DNA of 63,876 nucleotides, counting the filler, from Squatina squatina (lineage: Eukaryota), in assembly GCA_031763465.1 (NCBI GenBank). It is 4 parts of 4 records of this genome, joined end to end, with 100 filler letters (N's around TTAATTAATTAA, not from the genome) between each part and the next. Parts side by side here need not be neighbours in the genome. Positions count along the whole stretch, not along the records: positions 47,135 to 63,876 come from JARFOE010000005.1; 3 more parts are not named here. One strand, given 5' to 3'. The translations under genes were made by a program, and so were the position numbers. Positions 51,855-63,876 of the stretch are shown piece after piece. The first letter of the stretch is position 1, and each line of letters starts with the position of its first letter. The notes below the pieces were generated by a model that was given only the letters and a program-made list of their open reading frames with translations, was not told where the DNA came from and searched no databases.

Positions 51855-52070
51855 ACTGAAGGTCAACAGAAGCTCGAGGAACAGCACTTCACCTTTCAAT
51901 GAGGCACTTTACAACCTTCCGGACTCAACATTGAGTTGAACAATTTCAGTTTATAACCACCATTTTTTCGGACAGCAGGTGCTGATAATAGTTCTGCCGT
52001 TGCCTTTTACAGCTCCTCCAGACCCATCTTCTGTTTCTTTACGTGTTCCATATCCACCTCCCTTTGCTTT
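51855..52070 (+). mobile_element. Penelope-like element, GIY-YIG C-terminus and 3' end
   Basis: KLEEQHFTFQ*GTLQPSGLNIELNNF matches the R(K)LEEQHLIFRLGTLQP.GLNI pattern. Confidence 0.75.
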
Positions 52071-52170
52071 NNNNNNNNNNNNNNNNNNNNNNNNNNNNNN
52101 NNNNNNNNNNNNNNNNNNNNNNNNNNNNNNNNNNNNNNNNNNNNNNNNNNNNNNNNNNNNNNNNNNNNNN

Positions 52171-53360
52171 GGGACCCGGTCCCCTCACCACCTCCCCAGG
52201 AGTCTTAGAGCCTGTCCCCTCACCTCCTCCCCAGGTGACTGGGACCCGGTCCCCTCACCACCTCCCCAGGAGTCTTAGAGCCTGTCCCCTCACCTCCTCC
52301 CCAGGTGACTGGGACCCTGTCCCCTCAACTCCTCCCCAGGTGTCTGAGAGCCTGTCCCCTCACCAGCTCCCCAGGGGACTGGGACCCTGTCCCCTCTCCT
52401 CCTCCCCAGGTGACTGGGAGCCTTTCCCCTAACCTCCTCCCCAGGTGACTGGGACCCTGTCCCCTCACCACCTCCCCAGGTATCTGGGACCCTGTCCTCT
52501 CACCTCCTCCTCAGGTGTCTGAGAGCCTGTCCCCTCACTCACTCCTCCCCCCACCTCCAACACCCAGGTGTCTGGGAGCCTGTCCCCTCAATCACTCCTT
52601 CCCCCACAACACCCAGGTGTCTGGGAGCCTGTCCCCTCACTCACTCCTCCCCCCCAGAACACCCAGGTGTCTGGGAGCCTGTCCCCTCAATCACTCCTCC
52701 CCCCAACACCAAGGTGTCTGGGAGCCTGTCCCCTCACCACCTCCCCAGGAGTCTAGGACCCTGTCCCCTCACCTCGTCCCCAGGTGAGTGGGACCCGGTC
52801 CCCTCACCTCCTCCCCAGGGGTCTGGGACCTGGTCTATCACCTCCTCCCCAGGGGTCTAGGACCCTGTTCCCTCACCTCCCACCCAGGTGATAGGGACCC
52901 GGTCCCCTCACCTCCTCCTCAGGAGTCTGAAAGCCTGTCCCCTCACCTCCTCCCCAGGTGACTGGGAACCTGTCCTCTCACCTCCTCCCCAGGTGTCTGG
53001 GAACCTGTCCCCTCACCTGCTCCCCAGGAGTCTGAGACCCTGTCCCCTCACCTCCTCCCCAGGTATCTGGGACCCTGTCCCCTCACCTCCTCCCCAGGAG
53101 TCTGGGACCCTGTCCCCTCACCTCCTCCCCAGGTATCTGGGAGCCTGTCCCCTCACCTCCTCCCCAGGTGACTGGGACCCTGTCCCCTCACCTCCTCCCC
53201 AGGTATCTGGGACCGTGTCCCCTCACCTCCTCCTCAGGTGTCTGAGAGCCTGTCCCCTCACTCACTCCTCCCCCCCACCAACACCCAGGTGTCTGGGAGC
53301 CTGTCCCCTCACTAATTCCTCCTCCCCCAGGCCCAGGTGTCTGGGAGCCTGACCCCTCAT
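52171..53360. repeat. 35-bp GC-rich minisatellite with ~50-bp variant units
   Basis: Unit GGGACCCTGTCCCCTCACCTCCTCCCCAGGTG(A/T)CT; 52171-52240 is repeated exactly at 52241-52310. Confidence 0.97.
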
Positions 53361-55379
53361 TCAGTCAGCCCCCCCACCCCCTCACCGCCCATATTGCCTC
53401 CCTCTACCCCTGGACTTTATCGGCAACCAAAGTTGGCTAGACACCGACAGGCATGCTACATCGGGCACCTGATTAGGCCCCGCAACTCACTGCAACTATG
53501 GCAACAAAGCCCGGGGACCAATTTAGGCGGTCTTCTCTGTTCGAGCCCGCCATGGCCGTGCGCTGCATGTATCGCGACTGTGCTAATAAATTTCGACCCC
53601 AACGAACCCAAAAATTGCCTCTCTTACCCAGTGTCCTTCGTTCATAGTTGAAGCAAGAACTGGGGCATATTTGGTACTGACGAACGTCACAAGGAGACTG
53701 CCGATCATTTTTAGTGTCTGTTTCTTTTTTAAAGAACAACTAATGAATACCAGGCAGGACTGGTTGTATATTTCTGAGTTCCATTGGATCATATGACTTC
53801 ATTGCCAGCTGTAATAATAGTACAAAGATACTGTTGTATATTTTTGTCTTATTTCTCCAGACCTGCAACCAGCCTCGTTTTATATGTAATAGAAATACGT
53901 TGTATAACAAAGGAAGCTAGTCTTAGCGCTTGATAACCTTGAAATACCTTGTAACAATATTGTTCTTACTAACAATACTCCATTTAGTCTGACAAACCGT
54001 GTGGAAATGAGTGTGAGATTACTTTGTGAAGATTATTTTAATGAATGTGCAATGTCAGTCACATTCTCAGGTAGTTATAACTTAGTGATGAATGAACTAA
54101 TGTGCCTTTGTTTGCAGTGTCATTTCATATCCCCTCTATANNNNNNNNNNNNNNNNNNNNNNNNNNNNNNNNNNNNNNNNNNNNNNNNNNNNNNNNNNNN
54201 NNNNNNNNNNNNNNNNNNNNNNNNNNNNNNNNNNNNNNNNTTTCCCTATTGAAGGTAAATTTGACTGAAGTACGTTCTATAAATTTATTTCACTTAAGCA
54301 GGCTTAAAATGACGCGAGATGAGGGGTAAAGGTTGGTTTTTGTGTCAATGGTCTGAGCTAAATTTAATCTTGCTTCTCAAAACACCGAATCTGCATGAGG
54401 CCCCCTATATTGTTCACCTGCACAATTTCCATTACTACTCACCTTGAAAATCCAGCCAACGCTCACCGTCTCGCTTCACATATGAAGAACAGCCATTTTG
54501 ATGAGGTACCAGAGGATTGTTGGGCCTGTATCCCAGCTGCCTTCAGGGAAAAATTGGGCACTGGTAACCTTTATGCCTAATCTCCAGGATCTATGAATAT
54601 GTTAAATAGGATGCTGACCTTGTTGTATATGACAGTTGAGTTTAAATGTATGCCTTTAGCATCCAATGATTTTGCACTGTACAGACTTGTTTCAGCCTAT
54701 TATTTTCACCATCTGATAATTACTTGTTTTCCGGTGGACACATTAGCTACTTATACAGAATGCTGAAATACAGACGCTAAAGAAAAATTAATTAGGAGCC
54801 AGAAACCACTTTGCTGTATCGAACATGATGATGTTGGCATGTAATTTAACATTTGTTTGCAAAAAAGCAGAGCAGGTGCAAGCTAATGACAAGATCAACT
54901 TTAATTATGATTTTAATTAAATATCTAAGACCGTATGAGGTATGGTAACTAGTCCGGAGCTGTTGAANNNNNNNNNNGAGATTAAAAGAAAAGGCTTAGG
55001 GATGGAATTGAAATGGAATATTCAGGAAGGGCAAAATGTATTTTATTTAATGAGACTCTCAGTTTCCCAAAATGCTTGGAGATAACAGCAAACAATGTTA
55101 AATATTCATGATTTTCTGTTTATCGGAATTTATCCTTTACATGCTTTATCATAATGGTGTCACTTTTAGGACTTTTTATATTTTGTGATGCATACAATAG
55201 CTTCAATGATGCATTTTTGCACCATAACAACTTTTTGTTACATTCTCAACAAAGTGCATGAGTCCTACCCTCGATGGCCACTCAGGAGAGCAATGTCATT
55301 TTTGTCTCTATCCGCATTGCTACCACCAGTTCCTCAGCCCGCTAACAATAATAAAGGAGATCAGTACAATAGTGAGAAA

Positions 55380-55742
55380 TGATCTTGGCTCAAAAGATCA
55401 AGATGTAGAATTAGTTTGGGTGAGGTAATAAATAGCAAAAGANNNNNNNNNNNNNNNNNTAGCTACATTGTAGGACAGAGTATAAATCAAGAAATAATAG
55501 GGACTTGTAAGAAAAGCCGTGCAATAATCGTGGGTGATTTTAATCTTCATATAGATTGGACAAGTTAAACTGGAAAACGTAGACTTGAGGACAAGGTCAT
55601 AGAGTGTATTCGGGACAGTTTCTTATAGCAATACATTGCGGAACCAACCAAGGAACAGGGTATTTTAGATTTTGTAATGCGTAATGAGACAAGATTAATT
55701 AATGACCTCATAGTAAAGGAGCCTCTAGGAAACAGTGATCAT
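55380..55742 (+). mobile_element. CR1 endonuclease fragment
   Basis: IIVGDFNLHIDW and EPTKEQGILDFV...LINDLIVKEPLGNSDH. Confidence 0.85.
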
Positions 55743-58254
55743 NNNNNNNNNNNNNNNNNNNNNNNNNNNNNNNNNNNNNNNNNNNNNNNNNNNNNNNNNN
55801 NNNNNNNNNNNNNNNNNNNNNNNNNNNNNNNNNNNNNNNNNNTGGTTTTAGATTGCTGCAGTGAGATTAAATATTGTGTGCTGATCAGAAATTAATTTTT
55901 TGAAATTCAAAATTAAATCAATAAAAGTGATTAAGGTGTCACTGATGTGAATTCCAGCTAGCGACCCAGCTTCATTGCCATAATAATTCTATCTCTAACT
56001 GCGTTGAAGAGTTCCAGAGCCATAGCGTGTCTTAGATGAAGTGAAATTCAATGGCCGGTTAGAATTACAGTTAGTGGTGTCACTGCACAGCCATTGAAAC
56101 ATTCCAACACTGTTCCTGACACACCCAAATTGCCCGGCAGAAGCCAGAAGCCCTTGCAGTTTGCAGAAGCAAAGGCCTTTTGAAGATCAGCAAAGACTGA
56201 GCCAAGTATTCTGTTGAATTAGCATCCATTTCTCTGCTGGTACTTCTGCAGAATCAGTGTAAGCACCCAGCATGAAGCCAAGCTGTTGTTGCTGCTGTTA
56301 TGTAAGGTATTACATGCTTCTGGTGATCAGGACTAATGCAAAGACTCCACTAGGAACTCATAGCGATGGTTTCTCACAATATGTGTAAGATTGAAGAGAA
56401 GTGACTAAATATATATTAATGATGTTAGGTGTCATTGTTGTGTCAATTCTTGCCATGGCGATTTTTCACATTGGTACTCATTTATGGTTCAGACCTAAAT
56501 CAAAATGAATTATAACATGTTTCCATTGTACTGTCCAAATTCTCTTGTTTTCTTGCTATTGACTATTGGAGCAAAATGCTCGTCAGCTCACTTTCTGCTG
56601 GTCTTTGTGTATAACACTTAAAGTCAAATCGTCACAGAATCTTCANNNNNNNNNNNNNNNNNNNNNNNNNNNNNNNNNNNNNNNNNNNNNNNNNNNNNNN
56701 NNNNNNNNNNNNNNNNNNNNNNNNNNNNNNNNNNNNNNNNNNNNNCTTTTGCTTAAGCTGTGGGCTGGCAAACCCCACACATTTCAGGGATATATCCATT
56801 CTAGGAGAAGAAGGAAAGCAAATTGGAGAGTGGATACAGCAGCAGCAATCTGCACGTGGCAGTGTTGGCCAATGAGCAACTAGTGGTTTGTGGGCAAGTG
56901 TGCTTTTGATTCATTGACACCCACCATTATTACTTACTGGCAAGCATTACATCTTCCACCCACTGCAACTATCCCGAGCGTCTAAGTATGACAGTTTCTT
57001 TTTCACATGGCTATTTTCATGTGTTTCTGCAGATTGCAGTTGCCTTGGTTGCACAAGATGCTGAATATTAAAAGTAACAGACACACTAACAAAAGCTGGC
57101 TGTTGTTAAATAAGGTCAGATGCTTTTAAAGTGCACACAATATCTATTGTGCAAAGCACTTAGCGATGAAAAATAGAAGTTTCTTCTCAGTAATTGCCAG
57201 TGGGACCCATCAACAATTTTTCTAAAATGACAAGAGGCAATAAAAGAATGAATCATGTCCACTTGAAAGAGAAGCTTCAGAAATTTGACAAGCAATTTTG
57301 TAGTTTTTTATTATGACTTTTATCCAGTAATGCATAAAACCAAGTAATTTAAATCTTTCAGTTTCCAAAAGCAGTTTTGAAATATTGTACTGATGGTCAA
57401 ATTGCTCCCTGCCTTTCATTTTGGTTAGGTTTTCTAAGCATTTGTTTTACATTGGACCATACCTAGCAACAGTGATCTGGAAGGGGCCTCAGTTCTCCAC
57501 TACTATGCAACAATAGAAGGTGTCACTGAGGGATGGGACAAAGGAAAAGGCTCTGTTTCCAGAAGTTCTAAAGGCGATTACTTTGTTCATAGGAACAGGA
57601 ATCGGCCATTCAGCCCCTCAAGTCTGTTCCGCCATTCACTTAGACCATGGCTGATCTGTAGCTTGACTCCATCTGCCCGCCTTGNNNNNNNNNNNNNNNN
57701 NNNNNNNNNNNNNNNNNNNNNNNNNNNNNNNNNNNNNNNNNNNNNNNNNNNNNNNNNNNNNNNNNNNNNNNNNNNNNNNNNNNNGCCTGAATTTCTCTCC
57801 CTCTCTGCTGGTCAGCACATTGTCAGCACTCAGCCCTCTGTTCTGATGGCACAGCAAGATTAGTAACTTGGTACATAGGGAATGATCCGTGAATTATCTA
57901 TTCTTTAAAGTTATTCATTTGTATTTTACAGTTAATAATTCATTGACTAACTGCTATGCTTTCCAATCAGACTATTACACAAAGAACGAAGAGTCTTATT
58001 TGGAGTCAATAAAAATTGGCCAGAAAACAAATCATTTGGCAGCAAAATTTTAAATATAATTGTATTTCCCTTAATCTGTGTTATAGATTGCTGAATAGAA
58101 ATGAGGTAAATAAACTGGCAAAACAACTCCAAATTCCTAACCAAAATATATTTATGTATATAACAAGAATAATATTCACCCTTTAATTTGATAATAAGGG
58201 ATAATAAGGAAAAGACAAAGACACGAGCCCTTAATTTTACCAAATGTCATGGAT

Positions 58255-58708
58255 CTTAACCAGTGGGTAGCACACTTGCCTCTGAATGAAAAGGTTGTGG
58301 GTTCATAATCCCACTTCAGAGACTTGAGCACTAAAAATCCAGGCTGACCCTCCAGTGCAGTGCTGAGGGAGTGCTGCACTGTCAGAGGTGCCGTCTTTCG
58401 GATAAGACATTAAACCGAGGCCCCGTCTGCTCTCTTGGGTGGACGTAAAAGATCCCAGGGCTCTATTTCAAAGAATAGCAGGGGAGTTCTCCCCGCTGTC
58501 CTGGTCAATATTTATCCCTCCATCAGCATCACTAAAAAAAAATTATCTGGCCGTTATCACATTGCTGTCTGTGGGGGCTTGCTGTGCGCAAATTGGCTGC
58601 AGCGTTTCCTACATTACAACAGTGACTACACTTCAAAATTGGTTGTAAAGCGCTTTGAGACATCCTGAGGTCCTGAATGGTGCTATATAAATGTAATCTT
58701 TCTCTTTT
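58255..58708 (+). mobile_element. SacSINE1-like DeuSINE, best-preserved copy
   Basis: Head GGTTCATAATCCC, core TAAACCGAGGCCCCGTCTGC...GGACGTAAAAGATCCC, tail GCTATATAAATG...TCTTT. Confidence 0.85.
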
Positions 58709-58956
58709 TTAGAATGATTACCGTTTACTGCTGTCAGCTCCTTCCTGCCCATAGGTTTCATTGTTAGTTTATTCAATGGATTGTCATGTACTATGGAATA
58801 ATATTTTGAGTGGGTAGATTTTTTTTTATTCGTTCCTGGGATGTGGGCGTCACTGGNNNNNNNNNNNNNNNNNNNNNNNNNNNNNNNNNNNNNNNNNNNN
58901 NNNNNNNNNNNNNNNNNNNNNNNNNNNNNNNNNNNNNNNNNNNNNNNNNNNNNNNN

Positions 58957-59508
58957 GGGTTTCCAAACTGTGGTACAGTACGCGAGACATCTCTGGGGAG
59001 GTACGCAGGAGAAATTGTCTGATGGTGGATTTTAGTTAGTAATTTTTTTAATTGCATTTTTATAATAGACTACTCAGACAAAGCTTCAACACTCTGTGGG
59101 AATTTGTTATGTAAAGTAGTTAATTTATTTCAAGATGTACCAATGAGAACTCCGATACAGTATAGAGCCTCCAATCACCTTACACGACAGTGTGGATTCA
59201 GTTACCCAGCAACTGTCCAGTCTATTTCTTATTGGTTAAAACTAAATTGGTAAATTATGTCATCACCAATTAGGAGATAGCATGAGCTCCTTTTTAAAGG
59301 GGACACAAACAATAAACCTGTAACTTAAATAAAATTTAAAGGAACTGTAACAAATTAAATTAAAATGTTGTTTTGGTAGATGAAGTACCCCCGGTGCCAC
59401 CAGTCATGGAAGAACTGTCCAGTCTAAAACCTGTGTGCTGGTGGGGGTACGCGGGCAGCTGGTAGATCTGGAACCGGTTGCGCGATAAATAAAGTTTGGG
59501 AACCTCTG
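58957..59508. mobile_element. hAT (Charlie-type) non-autonomous DNA transposon
   Basis: TIRs GGGTTTCCAAACT (left, clipped by gap) and AGTTTGGGAACCTCTG (right), followed by CTATAGAT, similar to the hAT-Charlie target. Confidence 0.7.
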
Positions 59509-60959
59509 CTATAGATGTTGTTAGATAACAAACAACTGAACTAGACCCAAGTTGGAGATACATCGGGGCATTCAGGTGCTGTTCGTAAATGCTGTGAAAT
59601 ATGCCAAAGGCCATCTCATTAGGTACCTTTTCAGAGCCTGTTCCTCAATATTTCAATCTGCTTACAGCCTCTGAAATGTGAATAGGGTCAACTGTTCGCA
59701 TGTAAGCCGGGTCAAGTCCACAGAAGTTGAGCTGGGTGAGCTTTCTTTGAATGGGCGCAGCTAAAATAATTGCAAAGAATGGATTATGATACTATTTCCA
59801 GCCCTGTTTTCGTGCAGTGTAGAACTGAATTAAACTAGATTTTGAAACCTCAGTAACGCTACGATGAAAGAGGCAATAAAGTTGCTATTTTCTACAATGT
59901 TAAAACTTGTGCATTTAATGCAGCGTGAATGGGGATTAGAAAAACATGTAAGTATTTTACAGTATGATATTGAAAATTAGGGAATAAAATGTGTAGACTT
60001 GCTCCACCAACTGTTTATTCTTGGGACTCTTTTTTTTCTCTCCAGCTGCCACACTATAAGCTTTGTAGGGTTGATTCTGCTGTCCTTGCTCATGCGAGTG
60101 AGAAACTGGGGACGAATGAAAGTGGTAGCTTTTTAGTGGAGTCTGCTTTTATTTTAAAATTCGCATGCACTGGAGTTTCAGCTCTTGGGTGATTGAGAAG
60201 CTGGTGGGGACAGAGGAATTTCAGTCGTTTACTGTGGTGCCACATTCAGGAAAGAGTAGGGCGGGAAAGGACACTGATAAATAATAGGCACCTGCAGCAA
60301 AAAAAATTAGCTCCTTCCATCCTGATCATTTTCCGCCATTGCAATTAGCATCTGATTCCCGTTTTAGGAAATGGGAATGAAATAGCGGTACATGCCCACT
60401 CTGCAGAAAAGCAGATGGAATAACTTCAAATTGAATTATGTTATGACAATTGTTGTAATGCTTAGTAAAAGAAAATTAAGAATTGCCCTATTTTTGAAAG
60501 TTAATTTCTGCACCATTTTCAATCCTTCAGATCACGCACTGTATCCCAGTCGGGAAGATTCTCAGGCAGCCTAATTCCAGACCTGTGTCAGAACTACTTT
60601 GCAACTGGTTGTTAGGATATGTGCCAGAGCAGCATGCATTGCTTTGTCTCAATTTTTTGGTTTCCTCTTCCTATGGTGCCCAACTAAAACACACTGCAGG
60701 ACCACTATGGTCTGAACCCCCTTAACACTCATAAATAAACAAAGCTTTGAAGCACAAAAGGTATGACTTTTATAAGTTTCCACAAACCATATTGCACAGT
60801 GGCTTACATACTGTTGCATTTTGTGCAGTTAGCCTGTCATTAGACCTCTCAAAGTTAGGGAGGTTGTTTTATACTTAAACGTTTCTTTTTGAATGTTATG
60901 GCCATCAGAGTGAGGAATGTTGGTGTTGGGTGATTTTTGAACATCCACTGTCAGCTTTA

Positions 60960-61170
60960 AACATTAGGTATAACATGATGCTCCCTCTGCTCTGACCCAG
61001 CAATGTGCAACGGCTCTGATCTAGGAATGTAGTCCCAACTGTGTTAGTGGGACAATTTTCCATTTTCCACATCAGCTATCTCTGCGAGATTGGCAGTTTG
61101 TGCCAAATTAACGGCAACTTTGTGTTCCAGGAAATGGATTGAGATTGCCCAAACTCATTTCGCCGATGTG
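60960..61170 (-). mobile_element. LF-SINE-like relic
   Basis: Reverse complement has ordered blocks GAAATGAGTT, CTCAATCCATTTCCT, AATTTGGCAC, GCCAATCTCGCAGAGA and GCACATTG resembling the LF-SINE consensus (from memory). Confidence 0.5.
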
Positions 61171-61504
61171 ATGTCTTGGTTCAACAAGCGTCCAGCAGGT
61201 TAATGCTCGCGTAAGAATTATTTATTTTCATTGTCGGATGTCATTAGTGTGAGTGACATTCCTTTAACGTTCTATTTTCTGGACCAGCTGTAAATATTTT
61301 TTCCTACTCTGTGATCAAATTCACTTGGCGGGAAACAGACAAGATCAGATCGGCTGTCCCTTTCATACCTGCCTGATTTTTACTTTCCATTGCAGGTAAT
61401 GAAAAGTAAAATCAGCTGGTCGATCTGATCTCGCCAGTTTCCTGCTGGTGTGTTAGGTTAGAATTAGCCCTTTACTTACTAATTTCCCATATCTGCCAAG
61501 AGGT

Positions 61505-61710
61505 TTGAGGGCCTTGATGGAATACTCTCCACTTGCCTGGATGAGCACAGCTCCAACAATGCACAAGAAGCTCGACACCATCCGAGACAAAGCAGCTCGC
61601 TTGATTGGGATCCCATCCACCACCTTAAACATTTACATTCTCCATCACCGGTACACCATGGCTACCATTAGTACCATCTACAAGATTCACTGCAGTAACT
61701 TGCCAAATCT
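61505..61710 (+). mobile_element. CR1/Jockey-group LINE RT C-terminal fragment
   Basis: MEYSPLAWMSTAPT..KKLDTIRDKAARLIG.PSTTLNI..LHHR. Confidence 0.85.
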
Positions 61711-62533
61711 NNNNNNNNNNNNNNNNNNNNNNNNNNNNNNNNNNNNNNNNNNNNNNNNNNNNNNNNNNNNNNNNNNNNNNNNNNNNNNNNNNNNNNNNNN
61801 NNNNNNNNNNNNNNNNNNNNNNNNNNNNNNNNNNNNNNNNNNNNNNNNNNNNNNNNNNNNNNNNNNNNNNNNNNNNNNNNNNNNNNNNNNNNNNNNNNNN
61901 NNNNNNNNNNNNNNNNNNNNNNNNNNNNNNNNNNNNNNNNNNNNNNNNNNNNNNNNNNNNNNNNNNNNNNNNNNNNNNNNNNNNNNNNNNNNNNNNNNNN
62001 NNNNNNNNNNNNNNNNNNNNNNNNNNNNNNNNNNNNNNNNNNNNNNNNNNNNNNNNNNNNNNNNNNNNNNNNNNNNNNNNNNNNNNNNNNNNNNNNNNNN
62101 NNNNNNNNNNNNNNNNNNNNNNNNNNNNNNNNNNNNNNNNNNNNNNNNNNNNNNNNNNNNNNNNNNNNNNNNNNNNNNNNNNNNNNNNNNNNNNNNNNNN
62201 NNNNNNNNNNNNNNNNNNNNNNNNNNNNNNNNNNNNNNNNNNNNNNNNNNNNNNNNNNNNNNNNNNNNNNNNNNNNNNNNNNNNNNNNNNNNGTAATGAT
62301 AAGAGATGACAGAGCTGTGCGGGGACTTGGTGTGAGCCAGCAGTCAATGGTGGAGCAGCAAAATTTTGTGGGGTACAAATATAGGGATTCTAGTAAATCT
62401 CAGCATAATGCTGAAAAACCGCATACAACCTGCTGGATAATTTCCATTCAAAGGCAGTGTATTGTGATACGATTTGCTTTATCATTAACGCAGTGCGTAA
62501 ACATTCCAACAGCACCTCCTACANNNNNNNNNN

Positions 62534-62862
62534 CTCAGTGCTGCACTGGGATGTCAGCCTAAAGCTTATGCTCAAGTCTCCAGAGAGGTTGAAGTTGCTC
62601 TTTTTCGGCCATGAGGTGGATGTGACACATCCCATGACACTGTTTGGAAGAAGAGCAGGGGGAGTTCTCCCCAGTGTCCTGGCCATCATTACTAAAAAAA
62701 AAATCAGATCGTCACATTGCTGTTTGTGGGAGCTTGCTGTGTGCAAATTGGCTGCTGCCTTTCCTACATTACAACAGTGACTACACTCCAAAAAGTGCTT
62801 CACTGGCTGTAAAGCGCTTTGGGACGTCCGGTGGTCGTGATATAAATGTAAGTCTTTCTTTT
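62534..62862 (+). mobile_element. SacSINE1-like fragments
   Basis: GAAGAGCAGGGGGAGTTCTCCCC...GCAAATTGGCTGCTGCC...TATAAATG tail; the first ~50 nt is an inverted piece. Confidence 0.75.
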
Positions 62863-63349
62863 AAAAGATCAGTAAATATATTCAGACTGGAAATGAAATC
62901 TTGGAGTTTCCTCTTTAGTGCACAGAGTAAGCTCACAGTAGTTCTTGGAACAAAAGCAAATCTTTCTAATGGGCCCCCCCCCCCCCAAAAAAAATGTTAT
63001 GAAGCTTATTTTTTTAAACCATTTTATTTCCTTTATTATCAGTGGATCAGAGGCTGAATCCCCTCCACCCTGTACCCCCGGGGGCCAGGATAGAAATCTG
63101 ACGGTACTCTTAGTGGGGAATTGCCAGGGAGTTGGTGATAAATTATAAACCAGGGCTTCACAAGAGAGGAGGAACACAGAATGGGGAGAGGGGAGGGGAG
63201 TTGACACAGACGGTGAAAAAAAACACACAGTGCTATGTGATTTTTTTTTCCTCATCTTGCTCCCTGCTTTTCTTTTTCTCTCTCTGTCTCTCCCAGCCGC
63301 TACCTAATACTGCACGATCGATTTCCATTCTGTGCCGTTCCAGTCCGTG

Positions 63350-63405
63350 CAATTAGCATCTCATTAGCATATGATTATCATCTGATTAGGCGGTGATTAG
63401 CATGC
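63350..63405. promoter_or_regulatory. phased array of five octamer-variant (ATTAGCAT/ATGCTAAT) motifs
   Basis: ATTA cores start at 63352, 63363, 63374, 63385 and 63396 (11-bp period); three are perfect ATTAGCAT. Lies 60-110 nt upstream of an ATG in a CpG-enriched region. Confidence 0.65.
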
Positions 63406-63462
63406 GGAGGTGGAGCAGCGCCGCCAGTCTGCTCGGTTCGGCTCCGCACACAAGGCAGGTGT

Positions 63463-63547
63463 ATGTTCAACATGGCGTTCACCATGTACCGCGCTGCTGT
63501 CGCCTCTTGCCATCTCCTCGCCGTCTGGGCACTTTTCATCGCGAAAG
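63463..63547 (+). CDS. first coding exon encoding a signal peptide of an unidentified secreted or cell-surface protein
   Basis: MFNMAFTMYRAAVASCHLLAVWALFIAK(G/A..); ATG at 63472 in strong context (aacATGG). Perfect AAG|GTAAG phase-1 donor, CpG-rich, pyrimidine tract upstream. Confidence 0.7.
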
Positions 63548-63876
63548 GTAAGCGGGCCGGGGACCCCTGCAAGCACCGCACCAGAATGCAAAGAGTCCGG
63601 GACTATCGTCGCTGCTTTATTTGTGATATATATAAATTTTTGATTTTTTTTTTGGAAGGGGAGGGAGAGAAGTAAAATAATCATTTTAAAGAAAAAAAAA
63701 ATCAAAGGCGGTAGACACAAGCTGCTTGGGAAAGGATGCAAAAGAAAAGATGTGTATGTGTGTGTTACTGTTGGAACCTGCAAAGTTAGCTTCTGCATTT
63801 TAAAAATGTGTTTTGAAAGATGATTTGCAATGTGTTTCTTTAAAAATACGGACTTTTGCGAACGCTGGAAGAAGGA

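Noticed and set aside
52171-53360. CRISPR-like array or Pro-rich proteins (ORFs 51979-53352)
   Set aside because: Units are contiguous with no unique spacers, there are no cas genes and the context is vertebrate. The ORFs are translations of a stop-poor tandem repeat.
1-63876. A single adhesion/junction gene cluster (IgLON + connexins + signal-peptide gene)
   Set aside because: The genes sit on pieces separated by artificial spacers; adjacency is unsupported.

Overview
Eukaryotic DNA, almost certainly from a cartilaginous fish (shark-type SacSINE1/DeuSINE, CR1, L2, RTE, Penelope and Harbinger-like repeats), from a fragmented assembly. Three artificial spacers (44 N + TTAATTAATTAA + 44 N, stops in all six frames) at about 19.9, 33.8 and 47.1 kb join four independent pieces, so gene order across them is not evidence. 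Piece 1 (1-19895): two minus-strand exons of an IgLON gene, best matching NEGR1, in repeat-rich introns. Piece 2 (19996-33786): a candidate terminal exon and long 3'UTR of an unidentified + gene, facing a possible small spliced minus-strand ORF. Piece 3 (33887-47034), the most informative: two tandem alpha-connexins on the minus strand (a divergent, scaffold-truncated GJA1/Cx43-like gene and a Cx32.7/Cx34.5-like gene that is complete once a false gap is closed), head-to-head with an HSDL1 gene that keeps the catalytic Tyr lost in human, then the 3' exons of an unidentified convergent gene. Piece 4 (47135-63876): repeats, a 35-bp G/C-rich minisatellite, an LF-SINE-like relic, and the signal-peptide first exon of a secreted or cell-surface protein gene preceded by five ATTAGCAT-type motifs at exact 11-bp spacing. 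No CRISPR array, rRNA or true tRNA genes. Family assignments come from recalled motifs, not database searches.
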